DNA of 64,000 bases. Source: Massalongia carnosa. Its lineage: Eukaryota. How positions within the stretch are numbered: the first letter of the stretch is position 1; every line of letters begins with the position of its first letter. Location: positions 558,001 to 622,000 of the forward strand of contig OZ287079.1 in the NCBI GenBank assembly GCA_965645245.1. Reading direction: 5' to 3'. The notes under the pieces were generated by a model. The model was given only the letters and a program-made list of their open reading frames with translations. It had not been told where the DNA came from and did not search any database. This document shows positions 34,615-47,222 of the stretch, in pieces. The position numbers and the translations under genes were made by a program.

Positions 34615-36168
34615 AGAAAACCCCCCCCCCCCTGGTGCCAGCATATAAAACTTCCTCCGGCGCCAACATAGAAAAATTACCCCCGGTGCCAACATAGAAA
34701 ATTCCCCTCGGCGCCACATAGAAAACCCCCCCCTTAGTCATCATTTTCATCTCGTCGCCGCTTCCATAACTCCCCCGTCGCCGCCTCATCTTTCAGCTCT
34801 TGCAAGGCCTCCTCTACCCCCTGTCTTCTGATTAGGCCAGTCAATTTCTCTAGCAACCCAAGCCATCTCTCTATTTGAGGATTTCTTTCCTCAGCTGTCC
34901 AATCAGCGGTGTGCTCCATAACTTCGTAGAATTTCTCTTTTATTGTGTCTAAAACCTCCCTCATCTGCAGCATATGACGATCAGGTTCCTCGATATCTTC
35001 GTGACGTTCAATATTTAGTCTAGCCGACGTTTCATACACCTCAAAGCCGCTATCTTCAAACTTCTCGGCCCAAGCCAACCAATCGGACTCCTGAAACGTC
35101 TCGAAAACGATGTGATACTGCCATAGATGCCTGCATGGAAGTTGATATTGTCGATAAAATAAACAATCTACAAGACATGTCAGCTCATCTGGCATTTCAC
35201 CTGCCGGTGCTTCACCGTCTACTAGGCTTTTAGCAGCTAGCTTCCATTGATCAACTATAAGCTTTTGCACTGGAAAGGGAAATTTTCGTAGATGAGGGCA
35301 TTCCTGGCATTCGGCCGTGCTAGTAGTACGAAAGCTAGCTTTTTCAGCGCGAGCTCTATTTTCCCATTGATCCCCTACGCGAATCACATGATTTGCAGCC
35401 CCCGTCAACGAAAAAGTCATGAAATCCGCTTTACCTATTATACTAATTAATGTGGCGAATGAAGCTTCAAAAATATGACGATCTCACCATCTGCATGTTT
35501 TTTGATGGATGCATGCCAAGATTCAACCGGATTAGTGGTCATGCATTGCATCAATAAGCATGAATGCTGACGGGCATAATTAGCTCATTGAGACTTAGTC
35601 AACATCCATTCTCGTTCTTTATATTGACGTTTTTCTTCAGGGGCTGCTTTTAAAGCTTTTTTGATACTGTCATCGCATCCGAGCTCGGTTTTCCTGAAAT
35701 ATAAAGTATCATATAGATGCTTTCTGGCATTTTGACATCTGGCACCACTAAGTTTTCGCTTCAACGTACGCTCTGAATGGGTGCGACTAAGAAAATGTGA
35801 AACCTCCATCTACCCTGCTATCAGGCCTTGAAAGGCAAGGCTGACGCCTCGTTTCTCGGCTGCAGAATCATCGGTGATGATGTAACGAAGTCTCCATGCC
35901 CTAGACCATTGTTTGATTTGACGAAGAAATTCTCCAATGATATCACCGTCTTCGTTGCTAGCTAGTATATGAGCTCCAGGAATCCAGCTTCCATATTCGT
36001 CGCGAATCATCAGGGCAAATAATTTCCATTTCAGATGATTAGTATTATGAGTGCTATCCATCAAAGTCAAATGACCACGTTTCAACATAATTTTCAATCT
36101 AGACCTTTTTGCAAATGCTATAGCGTATGATTTTTCTCTATCAACTGCACGACTTATTTCAAGCTTTG
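34615..36168 (-). mobile_element. Mutator/MULE transposase relic with SWIM finger and subterminal repeats
   Basis: LMDSTHNTN, IITDDSAAE and CLFYRQYQLPCRH motifs; gccaacatagaaaa-type repeats at 34635-34730; stops present; cut by an LTR at 36169. Confidence 0.87.
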
Positions 36169-36359
36169 TGTTGAATGGCGGTTGCGATTATGGTTATAAT
36201 GGCTTGTTGGGCTCACTGCGTGGATAGCGGGTAGTCTAATCTTCTCTAGGAAGGTTTTAGGTTTAGCGTGCTTTGCCCTTTGGTGAAAAGTCTGCTCTTT
36301 TCCTTTCAGATAGCTATATAGTCAATGCGATTACCTGCAACCAGAGTCTCCTTTTAACT
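36169..36359 (+). repeat. Solo LTR of the 7796 Copia family, no TSD
   Basis: Matches 7796-7991 with small indels; flanks ctttg / cgttc differ. Confidence 0.92.
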
Positions 36360-36360
36360 C

Positions 36361-36388
36361 GTTCGGCATACCATTTTGCAAACGGGTG
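36361..36388 (-). repeat. Tc1/mariner-type TIR (right), followed by TA
   Basis: gttcggcataccattttgcaaacgggtg|TA. Confidence 0.6.
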
Positions 36389-36546
36389 TACGAGTACTAA
36401 GGCTATCTGGCGTGACAAGAAAAAATCGCGGGATTTAGGATTTTAAACGCCGCTAAGTGTCACGGGCGATAATTATCGCTTATGTCAGGTGAGCTTATGA
36501 AGCTGGCCTGACACATCAAAAGATATTTTATTCATTTATTTCTTTC

Positions 36547-37832
36547 TTGAATCAATTTCATAGGCACGTTAACAAAACGCAAAAGAAAATGGTTAAACAA
36601 TCCATGGCATTGACAAAAATCTCCACATCGACTTGGGGTGCCACCTTCACCAAAGCAAGGCAAGTTTACAGCGCCGTAGTGCGTCAGCTCATGACATACG
36701 GGTCAACCGTATGGCACATGCCCAAAGAAGTCAAAAAGTCAAAAACGTCAACGAGCAAGCTCTCCGTTATGCAAAACAACTGCCTTCGCACCGTAGCCGG
36801 TGCCTTTAAAGCCACTCCCATTCTAGTTCTTGAAGCAGAGACATACATAGCACCCATAGATGTACACCTCGACACGCTACAGGCGCAGGCCAGACATCGA
36901 CTCCGGAGCTGGAGGTCAATCGAAGGTCATATCTTCCGCATGCAGCAAAATAGTTAATAAACTCCGAGGCAAGGCAGGTCGCAAACGCCTTCAAAAATCC
37001 ACTCCGGGAGAGCTGAAGCACATCTGGGCCAAAAACCTACTGATCGATGCAAAAATCGTTCAACCACCCAAAGTACACCCACCATGGTCCGACCCCTCCC
37101 TAGCGCATCTCCGCGAAGTCTCCGCAGCAGCGTTGGCTCGTCAAAAACAAATGCAGATAATTAAAGCACGACAGCTGAAAGTCTGGAACGACTCGTGGGT
37201 ATATCAAAATCGCGTCGCCGAACCCTCCATAGCGCAATCAGTCCCACTGAGCAAAAAACGACTGAAAATACGCACGCTGCTAAAAAAGGCAGAAAGCGCC
37301 CTGACAACACAGATCCGCACCGGTAAGATCGGTCTAGCTGACTTCCTCTACCAGCGACGGGTCCCCGCCGTCACCTCACCGGCCTGCCCATATGGCTGGC
37401 ACAGACAAACTCCAGAGCACGTAATTATGTTCTGTAGACTTATTGACAATAGAGAACAGATGTTTCGCGCCGCTGGCACGAACAACTATCAACAGCTGAC
37501 CGAAACATCAAAAACTCTAAAGATATTAACTACTTGGCTAATGAAAACAGGTCTACTGACCCAATTCTCACTGGCATCCACACTATTGTACAATTAACAG
37601 TAGTTTCACTTCTCTTTTCCTTCTTATCTCACAAGGCGTCACAGTTCTCACATGATTTTCGCTCTGCGTCTCCTGTCCGACGTCGACCCGGTGTCACATT
37701 GGATAGGTATCAAGGGATATGGTTTTTACACCTGAGAAAGGTTTTCCATGTAACATAACTTAGATAGCTTTGCCCGCATGGGCCGGCCTACGGCCGGTGA
37801 CATATCGGAGTATGAATACATCATCATCATCA
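36547..37832 (+). mobile_element. 5'-truncated Tad1-like LINE (RT C-terminus, CCHC-type finger, (CAT)n tail)
   Basis: TWGATF..ARQVYSAVVR..TYGSTVW, VAGAFKATP..LEAET, QIRTGKIGL..ACPYG..QTPEHVIMFC; 3' end gaatacatcatcatcatca. Confidence 0.88.
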
Positions 37833-38362
37833 GACGAGACAGATAATGCGATTAACTGAATATTTCGTCTTTAAATCAAATGTGTTCTTTAAGATTGCTC
37901 TAATTTAAAGTATTATCGATCTGAACAGCTGACAGGTATTTCATTGCAACGCGGTATCCTTCAATAAATCTCAAAGGATGCGGATTGTCGTCGTCGTTGT
38001 TGATGTCGCGCTCAAGATTCTCGTGTTCTTTTTCGAGAATTGTAGAAAGACAGGTCTGAACGTCGAGCGAGGCACAGCCGCAGACGTTGGCTGGGGGCGG
38101 GATTGACATAAGCCGCTCGTCATTGGTCGGTCAGGCGAGATGTAGGCAGCAGTCTGAGATCAGCGGGGAGTAGCATAGAATAAACAGTGTATATCATTGA
38201 GAGTCCTGATGTTCGGGTCTTTGACGACGTGTCGAGTCCTCAGCCTCGTAGCAATATATATTTAGCAAACGTCTTTCGTTTTCTTTCGATGTTTACATAC
38301 AAAGTATATTACAATCGAAACAACGCCTGTCAACTTGCTCATCTTGGAAATTAGCATAGTCT

Positions 38363-40115
38363 ATGACATCAAAGTCTTCAATGGCTAAGCAACTCGTCAT
38401 TTATCTTTTCTCTTTGACTCTCTGGACTCTCTGCGTTCGCGTGACTTCTTTTCATGCTTATGAACCAACGCTCGCACCTTTTTCTATCGACGAACCTAAG
38501 GCAATCTGGGGTGTTGAGCTTGCTGACGCGCGGAATTTACTTGGAAGACAGCAATGTCCACCTACGAACCGTACGGCTTCAATTGATCGAATACTTTAGC
38601 TATCACTAGCTTACCGCTCCACTTCCAGCCAACATTTGCCCCGGATTCTGCTGCATTCCAGGATTTTCCACCTGCGTGAGTGTGACAGGATAGATAACGA
38701 GCAATTACATCGCTGAATGTACTAGTGCCTGCTCAGAAGGAGTTGTTGCGAGCCAGGGTACTTTGTAAGTGAGCTCAGGACAAGTCGCTGGTCATATCTC
38801 ACCTGTTGGATAGTGCGACCCACCCGGCCAAGGCAAGGGGTGAGAAACACGCAAGAAGGAGCTGACTATCGAGACATTAACCTGTGACACACCAGATGCT
38901 GCCCAATCGGCGCACAAACCTGTGGAGGAGCTCAGTGTTGTTCGGCCGGGTATTCAGTAAGCCCTGTTGAAGTTGGGGTGCGACATTAACTACTATAAGC
39001 CACATATGCTGCCCTAATAGGACACCTTATTCAGGTTGCTGTGTAAGTGGAAGTACGTGTTGCGGTGACCTCGGTTTCTGCCCGCAGCCGGCATCCTGTA
39101 ACCGCGATAGCGATACACGCGCCTTTGGCTGCTTGGTTCCAGATTCTTTAAAGCCTATTGAAATCGATTCGAAGGAAAATCGCGAGGTGAGCCGAAACCA
39201 AATCGTACGGATCAGTTAGATAACTCACGCGTTTCCAGCTGGCAGAGAACATGTGCCGATGTACGTCGCCGTGCCATATCCCACAATCGAACCTCTTCTG
39301 AGTGTATTTAACTTCGACATTCAGCAATGCGAGCAAGAAACATAAATGGAAATGAGGAGGTTCTTATCAGGGAAGGTTACAGCAGCACTAGGGAGAAAGC
39401 CGCAATCAGGCGCAAAGCTAAATATGGTGGAAGGACAAAATGTCCGGGCGGTCAATCTTGTGACGAGGTGAGGATCTTCTACACTGCGTAACGATGCACT
39501 GTGAAATCCGCAATTCAAATGAGCAGCGAAGATAACATCTTTTGTTAGCATCCATCAGCTTCAACTCAACAGGGTTATGACGGCCTATACGGCTTGGATG
39601 TCTTCAGCCTTTGCAGAGACGAGTTGCAGAATATCGCAGGCGGGCGGCAGTTATCTTCTCTGTATAACCGAGCAAGTAAAGCACTTCCGGCCGGGACTAC
39701 ATTTGTTGTTCGTGTTACAAAACTGGATTGTAAAATCATCGCATCAGCGAACTTCGGCTCGGTTCCGTCGTTATCGGCAAGAACTTTGACAGAGCGACAG
39801 ATTCGTCAAGGGAATAGTGAGTCTATTGGAAGTCAGAATTTCGAAGGCGGTCCTATACTAATGAGAGAAATAGCCACCACGATTTACTCAGCTCTTAACG
39901 GAGATCCTTCCGACTATGCCCTGATTGCTTGTGGAGACCTAGATCCTGGAAAGTGTGTCAAGCGTCAGCAAATTTCGCAGTTTTCAAATCGGCTAATCTA
40001 AGATTGCTGCAGCTTTACAGTGACTCTAACAAACAGCACGGGGATTGAGAGGTGGGAAACCTTTGATGCCACGGTTCTGAAATTGCAAGGCAAGTCACCT
40101 GGAATGTGTCAATAA
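38363..40115 (+). CDS. Secreted Cys-rich protein with NucA/NucB-type deoxyribonuclease domain (multi-exon)
   Basis: Hydrophobic signal-like N-terminus and CC-rich exons. Spliced sequence reads LAENMC...KCPGGQSCDE|HPSASTQQG...QNIAGGRQLSSLY...GTTFVV, resembling the NucA/NucB CDEYPFAST..GG..N..QG pattern. Early exon boundaries and the 3' end are approximate. Confidence 0.7.
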
Positions 40116-40205
40116 ATGAAATACATCAGTAACCTTAACAGCGATGATAAAATCTCAGCGAATATCGCAAACACGCTTACTTTCAGCCTCGATACCTCGG
40201 CATTT

Positions 40206-40249
40206 GGGGTTGATATGGTGTTATTCAGGGGTTGATATGGTGTTATTCA
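40206..40249 (+). repeat. Perfect 22-bp tandem duplication
   Basis: ggggttgatatggtgttattca x2. Confidence 0.9.
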
Positions 40250-41803
40250 CAACGTCTGATGAAATTAAAATTCAGTGGTTTATCTCTTGAATCTATCAAG
40301 AAGTGGTGGCGCCTGGATCTATAGGAAATAGAATCTAATCTTTGCTTTTCTATTATTAAACAGTTCTGTACGCTCTTTAACTATAGAAAGAGGACCTGTT
40401 CTTTTATGATAACAAAGTTTAACGTAACGTGTTAAACAGAATATATGTTTTTATCATATTATCTCGAGACACTTCAGATGCGTGACAAATGTTGAATAAC
40501 GAACAGAACAGTTTCTAAGCACTTGCTCCGTAGAGTTATAAGAAAAGATTGTAGACGTGCGTACAACTATAAAGAAAGTCAAAAAATGTACGATCATGTA
40601 ATATTCTCCCTATCGATTAAGGAATACAAATCTTTTGCAACATGATAAATCAAACTTGAATCTTGAAAACTTATCTCTTTCGATCGACACGAGACTTAAA
40701 AGTAATTCGCGGACTTCATTGTGTCATCAAAACATTACCTTAAGGGCGGTTGGGGGTTTTCGGACATGGTCATGGAATGGTCTCAAGATCCCGGACATGT
40801 CTTCGCTAAAATGGGTACACCGGCAGGTTCCCGGTTTGAATGTTTTTTTGAGCGCTTTCCTGATTGAGATGACTCAACATTGTCCTGCACGTGTAAGATA
40901 GCTTAAAATTCTGCTTGTGTCTGATGAGAAATATCTGCGGATAATATAGAGTCTGAAATCATTTTGAAAATATTATAGTCTTGAAAAGGATATATCTTAG
41001 TGAACATTCATATTGGTATGAACAGTGCTTGCAGTAAAAAAGCATCTGGCAATGATTTGGAGATCCTCTCAGTTTTGACAAGATCTCAAGACCTTCAAGA
41101 TCGTGTTCCGGATAAAACGATCAGAAAACAATCTTATAAAAGAGATATCACGTTCATGCAACCTCGTTACAGCTGAGTTGTATTTGGGTTCACATGATGT
41201 ATTCGCCCAGTTGATGGTTAGAGAAACAAGTTATTGATTTAGTGACAGCTTCTAATCTACAGCTCTATGAATGCTATCATCCTCATGCCATGTTTCTCGT
41301 TCTCATTGCTGACTCGCACGAACTAGTCTTGAATCACTCCATCGAGTCCTTCCCGTACCTCCTCTCACAACATGTATGAAACTGATGAAACAAGGCAGAC
41401 AAGAGACGTGCCTTGAGGATCTGAAGAATAAGACTGTTAGCTTGAATTGCAATATGCACAGAGAACATAACGTACCAAGTGCCTATGTAGAAGATAGGGT
41501 AGCCTAACGCAACAAATAAATTAGTCTCGGTCCTTTCATACAAGTTTGAATGCGAGAGATCAATCACCAAATTTATGATGGAGAGTGTCAGCAAAACTCA
41601 GCTGTTCTGGCCTGACAAGCCCTTCTCGCCTGAGGAGATTCCAGAGGAGACTTCTAAGACTGCCTTCTCGAGGGCGTCCTTCTCGGAGGCGTCCTTCTCG
41701 GAAACGGCCTTCTCCAATAAAGCCTGCTTTGGCATGACTCTAGGTTCTCTATCGTCTGTTAGCTGTAGTTGCATCATCATCGTCAGCAGAATGGGAAGAA
41801 CTC

Positions 41804-44800
41804 TTACAAAACTCCAGCAGCATTGAGTATGCTCAAACATTGCTTGACATGTTGTTCCTCCACCCGTAATTTAGCTTTGATGGCATTCGACACTTTGCTT
41901 GGTAATTTATCGTAAGTGACGTGAGGACTAATCCTCATATATTGCTGATCTTGACCGAACCGAGCATGAAAGAGCAGCCTCAACGCTCGATCAAGTACTT
42001 CGATGTCGTCCAAGTCCTCGACAGTGTAGATTCTTGTCGGTGACAAGCTCAACAAGTATCGTAAGTTCATTTCATCTTGATTGTATTGCTCCTGCTCGAT
42101 GGAAGTTAGTTTGCTGTAATTTTGTCTCAACTTCTTGGTCATTGTCGTCTCCAAAACAATATCTTTCAAGGCAGTTATCTCATCTCCGTCTCCTTCACTT
42201 TGAAAAGCATCATCACTATCATCCGATGTCACCTCAGATTCCTCGTCATCGTTCTCCTCTTCGTCCTCACTGTCCTTATATGACGAGTCTTCCTCAAACT
42301 GATCTGAAAATTCTTCGTCCACATCTTCATTCATGGATGCTTTGCCCTTCAACTTACGGCGCTTACCTTGACCATACTCTTGATAAACATCATCTTGCAG
42401 CATTGTATCCGCGAATCTGTCAGATCTCAGACGTTTTCGGGGTGTAGGATTCGTGACTGTATCGAGATCAAGATCCAATGGATCTTGCACCGTGATAGCT
42501 AATCTACCGCCGGTCTCCTCGTCAAACTCGACATTCATCGAGTTATTTGAATCCTCTGTGGGAAGAAAATTCTTTTCCTTCAGAATCTCGTGTCCTCTCT
42601 GACTCTCGTGTGCCTCTTTTACGTATTTGTTTGACTCATTTAACAAGTCAACTAGTAGGTTCTGCACCTCTGACGAGAAGGATCGAGTGGCTAAGTCCAC
42701 CACGGCCTTGTCTGTTTGCTTGGAATCTCGATATTGATCATGAGAATTCTTTGTTACAACTCGAACAACCAACACGGGTTCGGTTTGAGAAACCTGCATG
42801 AAAATACAACGATTAGACTTTCGTATCGGTACGAAGAAAGGTCACGCTCTTTTCAGATAACATACCCGGATTACTCGAGACCAAGCTTGAATTTCTGACG
42901 GTGCATTGATTGCTGGCGTTGCCACTAAAACCCGACAACAACATCTATCCAGATTTACTCCTTGTGCCGACACCTGATACATTATTATCAAAAGCAGTAA
43001 GGAATCTTTAGGATCGCTGAATCTTTTAACAAGATTCACGCGCTCTAAATCCGTCAATCCAGCGTGTAATACTTCGGTCTCCACGTATGCAAAATTACAC
43101 ACGCTATCCCAGAAAAAGGCGTTGAGTGGTACATCTTCTGTAATCAATAGCTTCCGTGGCTTGTCCGTAACGATATGAGGTAATACATAAGTATGAATTT
43201 GATATAGTATGGACTTCATGGTGGGAGAACCGTAGGTCAGAAATTTGAGTTTTTCCGAACCAGTAGTAACATCAGAGTCTCCTTCTCGTTTCACAAGATT
43301 AATGATATGATGAGCAGTCACACCTTTTGCTCGAAATCGGTTGATATCGTTGACCAAGGTGTTATGGCCTATTTTTCGAAGCATGCGGTCGAGTCTACTG
43401 AGAAGAAGGGAGGCACTGGCGAGAGTTAAATGTCGTAATGGTGCTATGATGTGTGGAAAATTATCGGTTCCAGCTTTCTTGATAGCTGTAATTTGTGGCT
43501 TCTCCGTCTTCTTGCCCTTCCAATCTTTTATGGCTTGAACAAATTCCCTGCATCCATACATTAGCTTTTATTTGCTTCTCAGATTCATATCGATTTGAAG
43601 AATAAGCTAACCGAGCGTGAGCTCTATGTACCCATTGGGACTCCGCTGCTTCTTCTTCTTGATAAGTGAGCTCAACGGTTCTAACTTCGTGGCTTGGGAT
43701 CATGGAGCGCATAGAAACAGTTTCATGATCATTGATCTTCAGGATGGAGGCAGTGGAGCGGCGAATCATTATCAGCTCGTCCATGTAGTGATAATGTTTT
43801 GCAATAAGCTGCACATCTTGAGTGAGCAACAAAGCTTCGATTCTGTATGACAGTTAATAAATGACGAAAAAGAGGTCGAGATTCGATTGTGCATGCCTCT
43901 TAGGATCCATGACGATACGTCGTTAGAATCCGTTTCGGACAACGACTGAATCGCTTCAAAGTTATGATAGGACTCCGCCGCGTGCTGCATCAGCCATTCA
44001 CTCGAAGTCGGATTCATCAATATGTCTTGTTTTACCCGTGGCCATAAAGATTAATAAAGGTCCGAGTATGTCCTAATAGACTCGTTAGAGATCATTAGCC
44101 CTTTTCATATCAATATGAAAACATTACCAATGAATCGTTGATGACGGGTGTAGCGGTCAAAAACCAGTGTACCTCAGCCTCGAGCTGCTTGATACTGGCA
44201 AAGATCTTGGTGCCAGGATGTCGCAATTTGTGGCCCTCATCTAAAAGAACTGGTCCAAATACTCCTGTCCATTTAGAATTAAAGGTTTTCTTTTCTCTTC
44301 CACTTTTGCTCAATTTCGTATGTACAGAAAGAGTTCGGCTCGCAAAAGTATCGTAAGACGAAAGTATTACGACCTGTGAAGCGGTTGGATTGCTTTGATC
44401 AAAAATGTACCGCAAATGAGGAGGCCAATTCGTCAACTTTCTGGGAGCTTCACGCATTGCTGTTGCTGAAACCCAATTGATAGCAAATTTAGCGTTAATG
44501 GGTCTGTCTCCATGTGCGATTATTAGTGCAAGGGTTGGGAACTGTATAATTTCTTCTTGCCATTGATGTAAGACAATTCCACTCGGAGCAATGCAGAGTG
44601 CCGGTCGATGCGCAGCTATGATGTTCACGTCTCTCTCTGTCATGCATCGCGCGTAATACACCAGAAAAAGTAATGCTGTAAAGGTTTTCCAAACCCCATT
44701 GTGTCAACAACTATTCCACCAAATGTTTGAATACTCTCTAGTTTTTTTGCTGCCTTGGCCAGTTCGGGATCATTGACGCGTTCCGAGTCGATAGGTATTC

Positions 44801-46881
44801 TCCCACATGATCGCTGTAGCATGAAAACTGCTCCATTTATCTGACTGTCAAGAAAGGAGACTTTGCAGTCTCCGATGAGGGTACAAACACTTCTGTCAAG
44901 CAGCTGTGCTTGACCGTGCTTCGAAATGAACTTCATGCCGAGTATTATCTTGCAGATAGCAATAGGTGGACCGGTCTGTGATGCGCTGCCTGTAAAGGCG
45001 TTTTGAATGTCGAAATATCGGTTGAGATCATGAACGGAATCGGGCTTTTCAAGACATGTTAGAGACAACTTCAACTGATATAAGATTGAATATATACCTC
45101 AGCTGAGAGAAGCGCGGTCTCGCTATCAGTTTGAGCTTGTTGTAGCTCTTCTCGCACCTTTTTATTAAGCTTCAAGATACTATTATCCTTCAAAGCCTTC
45201 GGCATCTGACCGCAGACTTTGTCCAGTACATGATGTTGCCAGCGTAGCAGACCTTCTTCGATAAAAACATCAAAGTTTTCATGATATAGAACCATTTCCG
45301 AGCGTTGCGTTGAGTCAAAACATGACTGCGGAATGGATTTTTTTCGAGCAATCGTGGATCCATCAGACAAAAATTGCCGCAGTTTATTGTGCAAAGACGG
45401 CGAATAGGATCCTTCCATTAAGCTAGGGTCCATGTTTTCCGTGTCATTTTGCATTGGCATAGTGTCCTCGAGCGCTTGTGAAGTTTGTGACATCTTCTCG
45501 AAAGCTTCATCAATAGATCGAGTGCTCACTGGATCGATCATAGATCTCACAGCTACATCGTTGTCTTCCGTCACCTGAATGTCTTTCAGAATTGCCAAGA
45601 GTGGTCCGTCATGCTCATAGTCAAAGTCTTCATGTTCCTCAATGACATGCAGAGTATAAGAGAATATGAACTCGTCCACATCCTTTTTGGCAAGAAATTC
45701 CTGGACCTCCGACCAGGAAGCTGCAGTAGAGGGGTGATTTAGGTCGTAGATCAACAACTCTCGTATCGGTATGACTGTATTTCTTACAGTAAGACTCATT
45801 GTCAAGAAGTCTACACGAAGCTGTTCAAAGTGAAGCTGTCGACGCAGAGTATCTCGCCACATCTCACCCGTTGGATATGCACGTGGATCTCGCTCTACTT
45901 GCACATTGCTCTCGGGAAGGCGTTAACCATTGAACAAGATAAACTCTTGAACATGCTTGTCAAGCTTTGAAATGAATTTGGTCTTCTGCTGACGATTCAG
46001 ATACAATATGAAGGATTTTCGTATCAATTCGGTTGGCTCGACAGAAGCAATAGTAATAGAAAGATCATCTTGCGGCTCCTCAGGCCGCATCCAAGAGTGT
46101 ATCATGTCAGCAGAGATCAAAGTGGATGCGTATGGTGAACTTTTTGCATTGACGAATGTTTCCCTCCACTTTGTTGGCGCGAGGACACATTGCAGAGACT
46201 TCAAAATTGAGTTGGTTCGGCTATACCTTTCTAACTCGTCTTCTTTGAAATTTTGCAAGGGACCCAGTTTAGGATACTGTATAGACAGTGTCGTTGAACG
46301 CGGGAATCTTGATATTTGGTATGTTCAAACTTATAATTTTTTCAAATCGGTTTGAAGCCGCTCTGTGTCTTTCAACATCATAAGATCTAGTAGACGAAAC
46401 CTCATCAATGGCTTCTGCGAGTCGAAAAAGTATAGCGGCATATAGATAGTCCCTGCTATCATTGTTTTGACGCCTGTTGGCCCTATCATCCTGATCTGTA
46501 ATAGGATATGTTGAAAGAATCTGACCTAATTCACCTGGAAAAGCATCTGACAGGTCAGGAAGATCTCGAAGAAGCGCCAGAGGAGTTTTGACACTTCTCT
46601 GTTGGCAGTTTTGATGATATGGAATATACCATTCCAGTACAACACTACTGAACCGAAACTTCCTATATTCGGCGACATCGCTGTATCCTAAATAAGCGGC
46701 TGTCTTTGGTTCATTCTTGAAAAACTTGGCATGAGTGTCCAAGTTCTCATTTGTCATCTTTTTATCTATATCCTTCTTTACCGCTCTCCTCGTTTTTCTA
46801 GGCGTGATCGGGATCGCCTGAAAAAAGGTAAGTTAAAAGCTTTAGATGAAGATATTATGAGGAATAAACATTTTCTTCCAT
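41804..46881 (-). pseudogene. SNF2-family (SF2) ATPase/helicase with long N-terminal and acidic C-terminal extensions, disrupted
   Basis: GGIVVDTMGFGK(T), IAPSGIVLHQWQEEI, SSYDTF, LLDEGHKLR, WFLTATPVIN, SAQGVNL and QAWSRVIR motifs; stops at 46269 and 45923, frameshifts ~45072 and ~44680; introns present; start approximate. Confidence 0.85.
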
Positions 46882-47222
46882 GATGTGGATAAGTAGAGGC
46901 TGAAATCTGTGATAATGCAATGTGAGATGAGGTGTATCTCAAAATCAAGTCAGACGATCATACCAGTTTAAGAACTGATGATCGAGAAGAGATCGATAGT
47001 AGTACTCAGATTAAGAAGGAATGAGTAATAGGATTGAAAGAACAAATCAATGACGGATGGGAAGAAAGATAAAGATGAGAAAAAAGGTAAAGATGGATGA
47101 AAAGGTAAAGATGAAAAAGGGTAGATGAAGTGAAATGGAGATCAACATGATGTTTGAGGCTAGTAGCGAAAGTGTTGTCCTAAATTCACGCGACATCAGT
47201 TCAGTCGTCATGACGATTTTTC

